A DNA stretch of 32,000 nucleotides from positions 360,001 through 392,000 of the forward strand of contig CP188086.1 of NCBI GenBank assembly GCA_049942765.1. Direction: 5' to 3'. Source of the stretch: Candidatus Saccharimonadota bacterium (GTDB lineage Bacteria > Pseudomonadota > Gammaproteobacteria > Enterobacterales > Enterobacteriaceae). A program made the position numbers and the translations under genes. How positions within the stretch are numbered: position 1 is the first letter of the stretch; each line of letters begins with the position of its first letter. A model generated the notes under the pieces. It was not told where the DNA came from. It did no database searches and saw only the letters and a list, made by a program, of their open reading frames with translations. Shown here piece after piece: positions 1 to 9,182 of this stretch.

Positions 1-85
1 AATCATATTATAATTCCTATTTTTTATGCATTTAATTCATCAAATATTGATATATATTATTTTTAATAAATACTAAAATATAATT

Positions 86-541
86 TTATTTACTAATTGG
101 AGGAGTATATACCATAGACATATCCCATGGAAATTCAATCCATAAATTTTGTGGTATATCTATAACATAATCATCAACTAATAACTTTGATGACGGTTTT
201 GCAAAAATAGTTACAAGGTAAGAATTAGAATAAATTTTTCGAAGTTTATGAACAGTTTTTCCTGTATCTACTAAATCATCAATAATAATTGTATTACTAC
301 AATCTCCATCTGCTATTTTTATTATTTTTAGATCTCTAATAATATTATAGTCATAGCTAGAAATACATACCGTATCTACATAACGAATATTTAATTCTCT
401 AGATAAAATTGCAGCAGGTACTAAACCACCTCTACTCACTGCAATAATTCTATCCCACGGTTTTATACAAAATAATTTATGAGCTAGCTTTTTAGTATAA
501 ATATGAATCATATCCCAAGTAACAATATATTTATTACTCAT
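86..541 (-). CDS. gpt: xanthine-guanine phosphoribosyltransferase
   Basis: 151-aa ORF with ATG at 541-539. It is colinear over its full length with E. coli Gpt as I recall it: [29 protein letters not shown], the PRPP loop [15 protein letters not shown], and [17 protein letters not shown]. Confidence 0.93.
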   Translation of the reverse strand: MSNKYIVTWDMIHIYTKKLAHKLFCIKPWDRIIAVSRGGLVPAAILSRELNIRYVDTVCISSYDYNIIRDLKIIKIADGDCSNTIIIDDLVDTGKTVHKLRKIYSNSYLVTIFAKPSSKLLVDDYVIDIPQNLWIEFPWDMSMVYTPPISK

Positions 542-657
542 TCAATTCATCCTAAAAAAAATATTATCATGTACATAACCTAAAATTAACTAAAAATATT
601 AATTATTAAAAAATTTTACATAGAATAAGTACATAAATCTAAAAAATATTATATATT

Positions 658-731
658 CGGTGCGGACGGGGATCGAACCCGCGACCCCTGGCGTGACAGG
701 CCAGTATTCTACCAATCTGAACTACCGCACC
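658..731 (-). tRNA. tRNA-Asp (anticodon GUC)
   Basis: The reverse complement reads GGTGCGGTAGTTCAGATTGGTAGAATACTGGCCTGTCACGCCAGGGGTCGCGGGTTCGATCCCCGTCCGCACCG. The acceptor stem is GGTGCGG/CCGCACC, the anticodon loop is CTGTCAC, and the T-loop is GGTTCGATCC. It closely resembles E. coli tRNA-Asp and lies downstream of dnaQ, like aspV in E. coli. No 3' CCA is encoded; the next bases are AATA. Confidence 0.95.
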
Positions 732-837
732 TATAGAATAAATAAATACAACAAAAATTATTTTTATAAAATAAATACTTAAATAATTAATAAAATACTA
801 CTTTTTTTAAAATAAAAAGTCAACCATTTTTAAAAAA

Positions 838-1566
838 TTAATTAGACATATCTATCCACAAACATTTTCCAAATGTATTTTTCATATATTTCAAATATTC
901 ATTGTGATTTTCTATCTCTGTACTATTAGGGAATAATACTGAAGTATTATATACATAAGAATTATTTTTATCATAATTTGTTCTAAATTTGTTCATATTA
1001 TTTTTAGAAAAATCTATAGATTCTTGATCTGATGTCATTAACAAATATATTTTTGCTAAGATTTTAGCATCTAACATAGCACTATGATGACTTCTATCAA
1101 TGGGTATTTTATAACGAGAACACAATGCATTTAAATTATTTTTTTTTCCTGGAAATTTTTTTCTTGCTATTGATAATGTATCAGTAATAGAACAAATGTT
1201 CTTAATTTTTGGGAAATTTACATGTAACATTTGTAATTCATAATCAAGAAAACTAATATCAAAATTAGCATTATGAATAATTAGTTCTTGTCCTTTGATA
1301 TAATTTAAAAATTTATTTGCAATATCAATAAATTGTGGTTTTCCTAATAAATAATTATTAGAAATACCATGTATTAAAAATGCTGAGTGATCTATAGAAC
1401 GATTAGGTTGTAAATATACATGAAATATCTCACCAGTTATTTGTCGATTTTCCAATGTAACAGCACCTATTTCAATAATTTTATGACCAATATAAGGTAC
1501 ACCTATAGTATTAAACCCTGTTGTTTCAGTATCTAAAACAATTTGTTTACATGTATGTATATTCAT
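838..1566 (-). CDS. dnaQ: DNA polymerase III epsilon subunit (3'-5' proofreading exonuclease)
   Basis: 242 aa with ATG at 1566-1564. DEDDh exonuclease motifs are present: VLDTETTG (Exo I), HNANFDISFL (Exo II) and HSAMLDAKILAKIY (Exo III). There is a QESIDF clamp-binding-like motif and a C-terminal ..CLW tail as in E. coli epsilon. It is divergent from rnhA, as in E. coli. Confidence 0.93.
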   Translation of the reverse strand: MNIHTCKQIVLDTETTGFNTIGVPYIGHKIIEIGAVTLENRQITGEIFHVYLQPNRSIDHSAFLIHGISNNYLLGKPQFIDIANKFLNYIKGQELIIHNANFDISFLDYELQMLHVNFPKIKNICSITDTLSIARKKFPGKKNNLNALCSRYKIPIDRSHHSAMLDAKILAKIYLLMTSDQESIDFSKNNMNKFRTNYDKNNSYVYNTSVLFPNSTEIENHNEYLKYMKNTFGKCLWIDMSN

Positions 1567-1623
1567 TAAGTTAATGTAAAATATAAATATGTTTAAATCT
1601 AATTATTATTTGGAATATATTAT

Positions 1624-2100
1624 ATGTTAAAATTAATAAAAATTTTTACAGATGGTTCATGTTTAGGAAACCCAGGACCAGGAGGATATGCCACGTTAAT
1701 TCAATATGAAAAATATGAAAAAATATTTCATGCTGGTTTTTACTATACAACTAATAATAGAATGGAATTAATGGGTGTTATTTCAGGAATTGAAAAAATT
1801 AAAAAACCATGTTTATTACACATATTCACAGATAGTCGTTATGTACACAACGGAATAACTATTTGGATCAATCGTTGGAAAGAAAAAAAATGGAAAAATA
1901 CCATGAACAAAAAAATAAAAAATTTAGATTTATGGATACATTTAAATGATTTAATTTCTCATCATAACATTACATGGATGTGGATTCATGGTCATTCTGG
2001 ACATAAAGAAAATGAAAAATGTGATTCATTAGCTCGTTTATCTGCCAGTAACCCATATTTAATAGATATAGGATATAATAAATTAAATTTAGAAGAATAA
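1624..2100 (+). CDS. rnhA: ribonuclease HI
   Basis: 158 aa with ATG at 1624. Conserved segments are IFTDGSCLGNPGPGGY, TTNNRMEL, TDS.YV and WIHGHSGH.ENEKCD.LAR. It is colinear with E. coli RNase HI (155 aa). Confidence 0.93.
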   Translation: MLKLIKIFTDGSCLGNPGPGGYATLIQYEKYEKIFHAGFYYTTNNRMELMGVISGIEKIKKPCLLHIFTDSRYVHNGITIWINRWKEKKWKNTMNKKIKNLDLWIHLNDLISHHNITWMWIHGHSGHKENEKCDSLARLSASNPYLIDIGYNKLNLEE

Positions 2101-2178
2101 AAATTATTTATATATAAATAATTATTATAAACTTCTATTAATTCAAATAAAAACTAAAAATATTATAAATGGAAAAAT

Positions 2179-2910
2179 ATGATTTATTTACATCCAATAA
2201 CAGCTTTAAAAGATAACTACGTTTGGATTATAAGTGATCCCAATAAAAAATGCATAATTATAGATCCTGGAGTATCTACTCCAGTATTATATACAATAAC
2301 TAAGTTAAATTTAATACCAATTGCAATTTTAATTACACATAATCATATTGATCATGTATCAGGAGTACTGACAATATCTTTAAAATTCCCAAATATAAAA
2401 ATTTATGGTCCTTCTGAAGCTATGCAACATAACATTACACATTTATTATATGGCAATGAAACAATTAATTTATTATCTAAAAAATGTAAAGCAATATCTA
2501 CACCTGGTCATACCAGAGGACATCTGTCATACTATATAGATTCTTATTTATTTTGTGGGGATACATTATTTTCAGGAGGATGTGGAAAAATATACCAAGA
2601 AGACTATTTCATGATGTTTGAATCTTTCATAAAAATATTAAAATTACCTAATAACACTAATTTATGCTGTGGTCATGAATATACAAAAAAAAATTTAGAA
2701 TTTGCAAATATGATATACCCTCATGACAAAAATATTATCTTATACTATAATAAAATTAAAAAATCAAAAAATATAATTATCAGCACTATCAAAATAGAAA
2801 AAAAAATAAATATCTTTTTTAGACTTGCTTTAGATAATGAATTGACAAATAAAAAAAATAATTTAAAAAAATTTATATACTTAAGAAAATTAAAAAACAA
2901 ACATAATTAA
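2179..2910 (+). CDS. gloB: hydroxyacylglutathione hydrolase (glyoxalase II)
   Basis: 243 aa with ATG at 2179. It carries the metallo-beta-lactamase motif THNHIDH (THxHxDH), plus TPGHTRGH, LFCGDTLFSGGCG and CCGHEYT. It is colinear with E. coli GloB. Confidence 0.9.
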   Translation: MIYLHPITALKDNYVWIISDPNKKCIIIDPGVSTPVLYTITKLNLIPIAILITHNHIDHVSGVLTISLKFPNIKIYGPSEAMQHNITHLLYGNETINLLSKKCKAISTPGHTRGHLSYYIDSYLFCGDTLFSGGCGKIYQEDYFMMFESFIKILKLPNNTNLCCGHEYTKKNLEFANMIYPHDKNIILYYNKIKKSKNIIISTIKIEKKINIFFRLALDNELTNKKNNLKKFIYLRKLKNKHN

Positions 2911-2916
2911 ATTTTT

Positions 2917-2989
2917 TGGAGCTAAGCGGGTTTGAACCGCTGACCCCCTGCTTGCAAAGCAGGTGCTCTCCCAACTGAGCTATAGCCCC
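2917..2989 (-). tRNA. tRNA-Ala (anticodon UGC)
   Basis: The reverse complement reads GGGGCTATAGCTCAGTTGGGAGAGCACCTGCTTTGCAAGCAGGGGGTCAGCGGTTCAAACCCGCTTAGCTCCA. The G3:U70 identity pair is present, the anticodon loop contains TGC, and the sequence is close to the E. coli rrn-spacer tRNA-Ala. No CCA is encoded; AAAAAAT follows. Confidence 0.95.
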
Positions 2990-3010
2990 TTTAGTAGTTG
3001 GTATTAGTTA

Positions 3011-3084
3011 TAGGCCTGAGTGGACTTGAACCACCGACCTCACCCTTATCAGGGGTGTGCTCTAACCAACTGAGCTACAAGCCT
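3011..3084 (-). tRNA. tRNA-Ile (anticodon GAU)
   Basis: The reverse complement reads AGGCTTGTAGCTCAGTTGGTTAGAGCACACCCCTGATAAGGGTGAGGTCGGTGGTTCAAGTCCACTCAGGCCTA. It is nearly identical to the E. coli rrn-spacer tRNA-Ile. No CCA is encoded; TAACTAA follows. Confidence 0.95.
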
Positions 3085-3098
3085 GAAAATCTATATCA

Positions 3099-3118
3099 GA
3101 AAATATATGTGAGCACTT
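3099..3118 (-). repeat. 3' arm of the 16S-flanking inverted repeat (putative RNase III processing stem)
   Basis: Plus strand 3099-3118 (gaaaatatatgtgagcactt) equals the reverse complement of 4781-4800 at 19 of 20 positions. In the minus-strand RNA the single difference becomes a G.U pair. This arm lies in the 56-nt 16S/tRNA-Ile spacer. Confidence 0.7.
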
Positions 3119-3140
3119 ATAAATTAAAGTGTATTTTTTT

Positions 3141-4708
<1,568 letters not shown>

Positions 4709-4780
4709 AAAAACAGTGATTTTCTCAATCTTCATTGAGATTAATAAATAAATCTAAAAAATAATTAATCACTCAATTTA

Positions 4781-4800
4781 AAGTGCCCACATATATTTTC
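4781..4800 (-). repeat. 5' arm of the 16S-flanking inverted repeat (putative RNase III processing stem)
   Basis: The minus-strand leader sequence GAAAAUAUAUGUGGGCACUU is complementary to the trailer sequence AAGUGCUCACAUAUAUUUUC (3118-3099). This gives 20 bp including one G.U. The pairing continues imperfectly (TAAATT) after a 1-nt bulge. Confidence 0.7.
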
Positions 4801-4805
4801 TGATA

Positions 4806-4818
4806 TTGTTAAAGAGCG
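4806..4818 (-). promoter_or_regulatory. rRNA leader boxA antitermination element
   Basis: The minus strand reads CGCTCTTTAACAA, compared with the E. coli rrn boxA TGCTCTTTAACAA (12 of 13). It sits between the candidate promoter and the processing stem, in the same order as in E. coli rrn leaders. Confidence 0.75.
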
Positions 4819-4840
4819 ATATAAAACTAAACTTTTATTT

Positions 4841-4868
4841 ATCTTACAGTATTTAAAATAAAAGTCAA
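4841..4868 (-). promoter_or_regulatory. candidate sigma-70 promoter of the 16S transcription unit
   Basis: The minus strand reads TTGACT, then 16 nt (tttattttaaatactg), then TAAGAT. It lies about 20 nt upstream of boxA and about 130 nt upstream of the mature 16S 5' end. -10-like hexamers are common in DNA this AT-rich, so this call is tentative. Confidence 0.35.
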
Positions 4869-5096
4869 TCCCTTTATCTATTTTATTTCATACAATATTG
4901 TAAAATAATATATGTTTATAATGTTAATTAAAAACATATTTAAAATTAATTACCATTTAAATCATTAATTAAATTATTTTAACAATAAAACAATAAAAAT
5001 AACAAATAAAGAATATATAGAACAATAATAATATTAATTATTACAAAATCAACAATAATTCTGTATTATAATTAATAAAAATATAGGATTAATCAT

Positions 5097-6833
5097 ATGA
5101 ATATTAAAGAATTTTTATCTAAACATATTAAAACCGCATTAATACATAGTGGAGCACCTATTAATAGTAATCCATTAATTACAACCTCAACAAAAACAAA
5201 CAGAGGACACTATCAAATTAATGGAATTATAAAAATAGCAAAATTATTAAATATTACCCCTGTTTCACTAGCAAAAAAAGTAAAATCTAATTTAAATTTA
5301 GATGATATTTTAAATAAAATAGAAATATCAAATCAAGGATTTTTAAATATTTTTTTAAATCCTCAATGGATACAAAAACAACTAGAAAAAATTATTAATT
5401 GCCCTCGATTAGGTATAGAAAAAACAAAAAAACCACAAAAAATTATTATAGATTATTCATCTCCTAATATAGCAAAAGAAATGCACATAGGACACTTAAG
5501 ATCTACAATTCTAGGAGATTCTATGGCAAAAATTATGCAACTATATGGACATCAAGTTACTAGAGTTAATCATATTGGTGATTGGGGAACTCAATTTGGA
5601 ATGCTATTATCATATTTAAATCAAGAAAAAGAACACGAAACAATACCAAAAATTCAATTAAAAAATTTAGAACAATATTATAAAAAATCAAAAATTATGT
5701 ATGATACAAATGCATCATTTGCAAAATTGTCTAGACAATATGTAGTTCGATTACAAAATAAAGAAAAAAAAATATATTCTATATGGAAACAAATAGTAAG
5801 ATTAACAATCTTAGAAAACGAAAAAATCTATAAAATGCTAAATACTACTTTAAGAACACAAGATATTAAAGGAGAAAGTTTTTACCACAATATGGTTCCA
5901 GGTATCATAGAAGATTTAAAAAATAAAAATCTTATAACTGAACAAAATGGATCTCTAATTGTTCTTTTAGACACAATAAAAAACAAACAAAATAATATTA
6001 TGGGTATAGTAATACAGAAAAAAGATGGAGCTTACTTATATGCTAGTACAGATATAGCTTGTATTAAATATCGTTGCCAAATTTTACATGCAGATCAAAT
6101 TTTATATTTTATAGACAATAGACAAATTCAATATTTAAAAAATATACTTGAAATTTCAAAAAAAGCTAATTACATAAACAATCACATTAAAATCAAACAT
6201 TATCATTTTGGAATGATTTTATCTAAAAACCACAAACCATTCAAAACTAGAAGTGGAAATACCATTAAATTATTAGATTTACTACAAGAATCCATCTCTA
6301 GAACTAAAAAAATAGTAAGAAATAAAAATCCACAATTATCAAAAGAAAAAATCGAAACTATATCTAAAAAAATAGGAATTGGATCTATAAAATATTCAGA
6401 TTTATCAAAAAAAAGAACTCATGATTATATATTTGATTGGGACCAAATGTTATCCCTTGAAGGTAATACAGCATTGTATATACAATATACATATACTAGA
6501 ATTATTTCTGTTTTAGAAAAAAATAAAACATCAATATTTAAACTTCCAAATAAAATATATCTAACATACGATTTAGAAATTAAGTTAGGAGTAAAAATTC
6601 TACAATTTAATGAAATTATTCAACATGTTAGTAATGTGGGATATATTCATTTAATTTGTAACTATTTATACGAATTATCAGTAATTTATTCTTCATTTTA
6701 TGAACAATATTCTATTTTATTTGAACAAAAAGAGCATATTAAAATTACTAGAATAAAACTATCTCTATTAACAGCTAAAACAATCAAAAAAGGTTTATAT
6801 TTATTAGGTATTAGAACTATATCTTATCTGTAA
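5097..6833 (+). CDS. argS: arginine--tRNA ligase
   Basis: 578 aa with ATG at 5097, preceded by AGGA at 5085-5088. Class I HIGH motif (EMHIGHLRS) is present, with GDWGTQFGML and the DALR anticodon-binding C-terminal region. It is colinear with E. coli ArgRS (577 aa). Confidence 0.95.
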   Translation: MNIKEFLSKHIKTALIHSGAPINSNPLITTSTKTNRGHYQINGIIKIAKLLNITPVSLAKKVKSNLNLDDILNKIEISNQGFLNIFLNPQWIQKQLEKIINCPRLGIEKTKKPQKIIIDYSSPNIAKEMHIGHLRSTILGDSMAKIMQLYGHQVTRVNHIGDWGTQFGMLLSYLNQEKEHETIPKIQLKNLEQYYKKSKIMYDTNASFAKLSRQYVVRLQNKEKKIYSIWKQIVRLTILENEKIYKMLNTTLRTQDIKGESFYHNMVPGIIEDLKNKNLITEQNGSLIVLLDTIKNKQNNIMGIVIQKKDGAYLYASTDIACIKYRCQILHADQILYFIDNRQIQYLKNILEISKKANYINNHIKIKHYHFGMILSKNHKPFKTRSGNTIKLLDLLQESISRTKKIVRNKNPQLSKEKIETISKKIGIGSIKYSDLSKKRTHDYIFDWDQMLSLEGNTALYIQYTYTRIISVLEKNKTSIFKLPNKIYLTYDLEIKLGVKILQFNEIIQHVSNVGYIHLICNYLYELSVIYSSFYEQYSILFEQKEHIKITRIKLSLLTAKTIKKGLYLLGIRTISYL

Positions 6834-6874
6834 TACAAAAAAGTATATTTAATGATCTAAAATATTCAAATCAA

Positions 6875-6955
6875 AAACACGTTCATAAAAAATAACTTAT
6901 TTTTTATTTTAAAATAAAAAATTAGAAATAATAATTTTATTATTTTCACGTGTTT
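6875..6955. terminator. nested inverted repeats in the convergent argS/flhA spacer (possible bidirectional terminator)
   Basis: The outer arms are aaacacgt (6875-6882) and acgtgttt (6948-6955). They enclose an A/U-only hairpin, ataaaaaat-aactt-attttttat (6885-6907), which is followed by a T run. No classic GC stem plus U-tract is present. Confidence 0.3.
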
Positions 6956-7001
6956 ATCTATATTTTATATATTTACTTGAAATATTTTTTAAATTTAATA
7001 C

Positions 7002-7020
7002 ATATGGATAATATCCATAT
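7002..7020 (-). terminator. palindrome 33 nt downstream of the flhA stop (possible weak terminator)
   Basis: atatggata-a-tatccatat has perfect 9-nt arms. No clear U-tract follows on the minus strand. Confidence 0.25.
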
Positions 7021-7052
7021 TTAACAAAAATTCAATATTACTAAAAAATTTA

Positions 7053-9182
7053 CTAAGATCTTTCCTGACCTATAATACTACTAAAAAAAATTTTTCGATC
7101 GTCAATGATTTCCATATGAGATAACACAACTAATTCTGGAAAGGTTCGACGCAAATAACATGATAAAAAATAACGCAATGGATGTTGTACTAACAATATT
7201 ATTGGTTTTTTTAATTGACGTTGTTGAACAATTGCAGCATGTGTTTGAGATAATAATCGATCTGATAACCCAGGCTCCATCGAACCTTCACCAGACTGTA
7301 ATAACTGCAACAATATTTGCTCTAAACTATTATCCAAACCAATTACTTGAATAGAATTTAACTCTTTAGGAAAAAATTTTTGTGTAATAATTTTACCTAA
7401 TGCTATACGAACTATAGATGTCAATTTGTTAAGTTGATCCTTTATATCAGAATGTTGTTCCAATAAATTTTCAACTATAATTCTGATATTACGAATAGGA
7501 ACATGTTCTAATAACAAATTATATAATATTTTATAAAATACTGTAATACTAATAGTATTAGGAATAAAATTCTCCATTAATTTTGGCATTTCTTTAGTAA
7601 TGTGATCAACTAAATATTGAACTTCCTCTCTTCCGAATAAATCATGAACATGCTTAAACATCAAATGATGTACATGAGTTGCAATAATCACACTAGGTGT
7701 TACTACAGTAAAACCATATTTTTTAGCTTGTTCGACTAATGAAACATCAATCCAATAAGAAAGTAATTTAAATGTAGGATCCTTAACTACTTTATTAGAT
7801 AATACTATTTCTAAACCACCAGGATTAATAGCCATATATTGATTTAAAAAAACTTCTCCAAAATCTAATTCTATCCCCTTAAGTAAAATTTTATAATGAG
7901 TAGAATCTAAATTAGAATTATAGTATATATGAATACGAGGAGGTAAAAATCCTATTTCTTTAGCAAATTGTTTCCTAATACCTCTAATGCGATTTTTTAA
8001 ATCATCATTAACATCCAAATCAATCATAGGCAACAAACTTTCTCCTAACTCTATACTTATAACATCTTCTATATCTACATCATTCCAAGTAGGTTCTTTA
8101 GAAACTTCAATATTTTTTTTCAAATGATCCTGTTGAATAACCGGTTCTGTTATACTTAAATGTTCATTCTGTACATATAATCTCCATGAGATAAATAATA
8201 AAACAACGGTGAACAATAAAAATATCATGTTAGGCATACCTGGTACTAAACCTAATATACCCAACACTACAGCACTTAAAAACAATACTCGATAATCAAA
8301 AAATAACTGACTGATCATTTGTTCTCCAACATTTTGATCAGTACTAACTCGTGTGACAATTACACCCGAAGCTGTAGAAATAACTAATGCTGGAATTTGT
8401 GCTACTAAACCATCACCTATAGTTAATATAGTATATACTTTAGCAGCTTCAGCTAATAGCATATGATGTTGTCCTATAGCAACAATCAAACCACCAACAA
8501 TATTTATAATCATAATTAATATACCAGCAATCGCATCACCACGTACAAATTTACTAGCTCCGTCCATTGAACCATAAAAATCAGCCTCTTGACTAATTTC
8601 CTGTCTTCTTAATTTAGCACTTTTTTCTCCAATTAAACCAGCATTTAAATCAGCATCAATTGCCATTTGTTTACCTGGCATACCATCTAAAATAAAACGA
8701 GCACCTACTTCTGCAATTCTTCCAGCTCCTTTGGTAATTACCATAAAATTAATGACAACTAAAATTATAAATACAATTGTTCCTATAGCAAAATTACCAC
8801 CTACTAAAAAGTGTCCGAATGATTCAATAACATAACCAGCAGATGAAGAACCAGTATGTCCCTCTAAAAGAATAATTCTTGTAGATGCTACATTTAATGC
8901 CAATCGTAATAATGTAGAAAACAATAAAATAGTTGGAAATGCTGTAAATTCTAGCGTTCTTCTAGTAAACATTGCAACAAGAAGTATTACTATCGACAAA
9001 GATATATTAAATGTAAAACAAACATCTAACAAAAAAGATGGTAATGGCAATACCATCATAGATAATATTATTAATATTAATATTGGACCAACTAAAATCT
9101 GCCATTGATCTAATTTTAAACTTTTTATTTTTTGTAATAAAGAAATAAAACTAAACATGCTCTTGATTCTCTCCAATAACAT
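7053..9182 (-). CDS. flhA: flagellar type III export apparatus protein FlhA
   Basis: 709 aa with very strong colinear similarity to E. coli FlhA: QWQILVGPILILIILSMMVLPLP, FPTILLFSTLLRLALNVASTRIIL, ITKGAGRIAEVGARF.LDGMPGKQMAIDADLNAG, and FYGSMDGASKFVRGDAIAGI. An alternative start at Met9 (9158) would cut the overlap with flhB from 32 nt to 8 nt. Confidence 0.95.
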   Translation of the reverse strand: MLLERIKSMFSFISLLQKIKSLKLDQWQILVGPILILIILSMMVLPLPSFLLDVCFTFNISLSIVILLVAMFTRRTLEFTAFPTILLFSTLLRLALNVASTRIILLEGHTGSSSAGYVIESFGHFLVGGNFAIGTIVFIILVVINFMVITKGAGRIAEVGARFILDGMPGKQMAIDADLNAGLIGEKSAKLRRQEISQEADFYGSMDGASKFVRGDAIAGILIMIINIVGGLIVAIGQHHMLLAEAAKVYTILTIGDGLVAQIPALVISTASGVIVTRVSTDQNVGEQMISQLFFDYRVLFLSAVVLGILGLVPGMPNMIFLLFTVVLLFISWRLYVQNEHLSITEPVIQQDHLKKNIEVSKEPTWNDVDIEDVISIELGESLLPMIDLDVNDDLKNRIRGIRKQFAKEIGFLPPRIHIYYNSNLDSTHYKILLKGIELDFGEVFLNQYMAINPGGLEIVLSNKVVKDPTFKLLSYWIDVSLVEQAKKYGFTVVTPSVIIATHVHHLMFKHVHDLFGREEVQYLVDHITKEMPKLMENFIPNTISITVFYKILYNLLLEHVPIRNIRIIVENLLEQHSDIKDQLNKLTSIVRIALGKIITQKFFPKELNSIQVIGLDNSLEQILLQLLQSGEGSMEPGLSDRLLSQTHAAIVQQRQLKKPIILLVQHPLRYFLSCYLRRTFPELVVLSHMEIIDDRKIFFSSIIGQERS

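Noticed and set aside
852-860. DnaA-box-like ctatccaca (8 of 9 match to TTATCCACA)
   Set aside because: It is a single copy inside the 3' end of dnaQ coding sequence. There is no cluster of boxes and no adjacent AT-rich unwinding repeats arranged like an origin.
7160-7354. 64-aa + strand ORF antisense to flhA
   Set aside because: It is short, lies fully within a strongly conserved gene on the other strand, and shows no recognisable similarity or ribosome-binding site. The same reasoning applies to 15367-15588 (antisense to dnaE), 23113-23346 (antisense to tsf) and 30981-31178 (antisense to ilvI).
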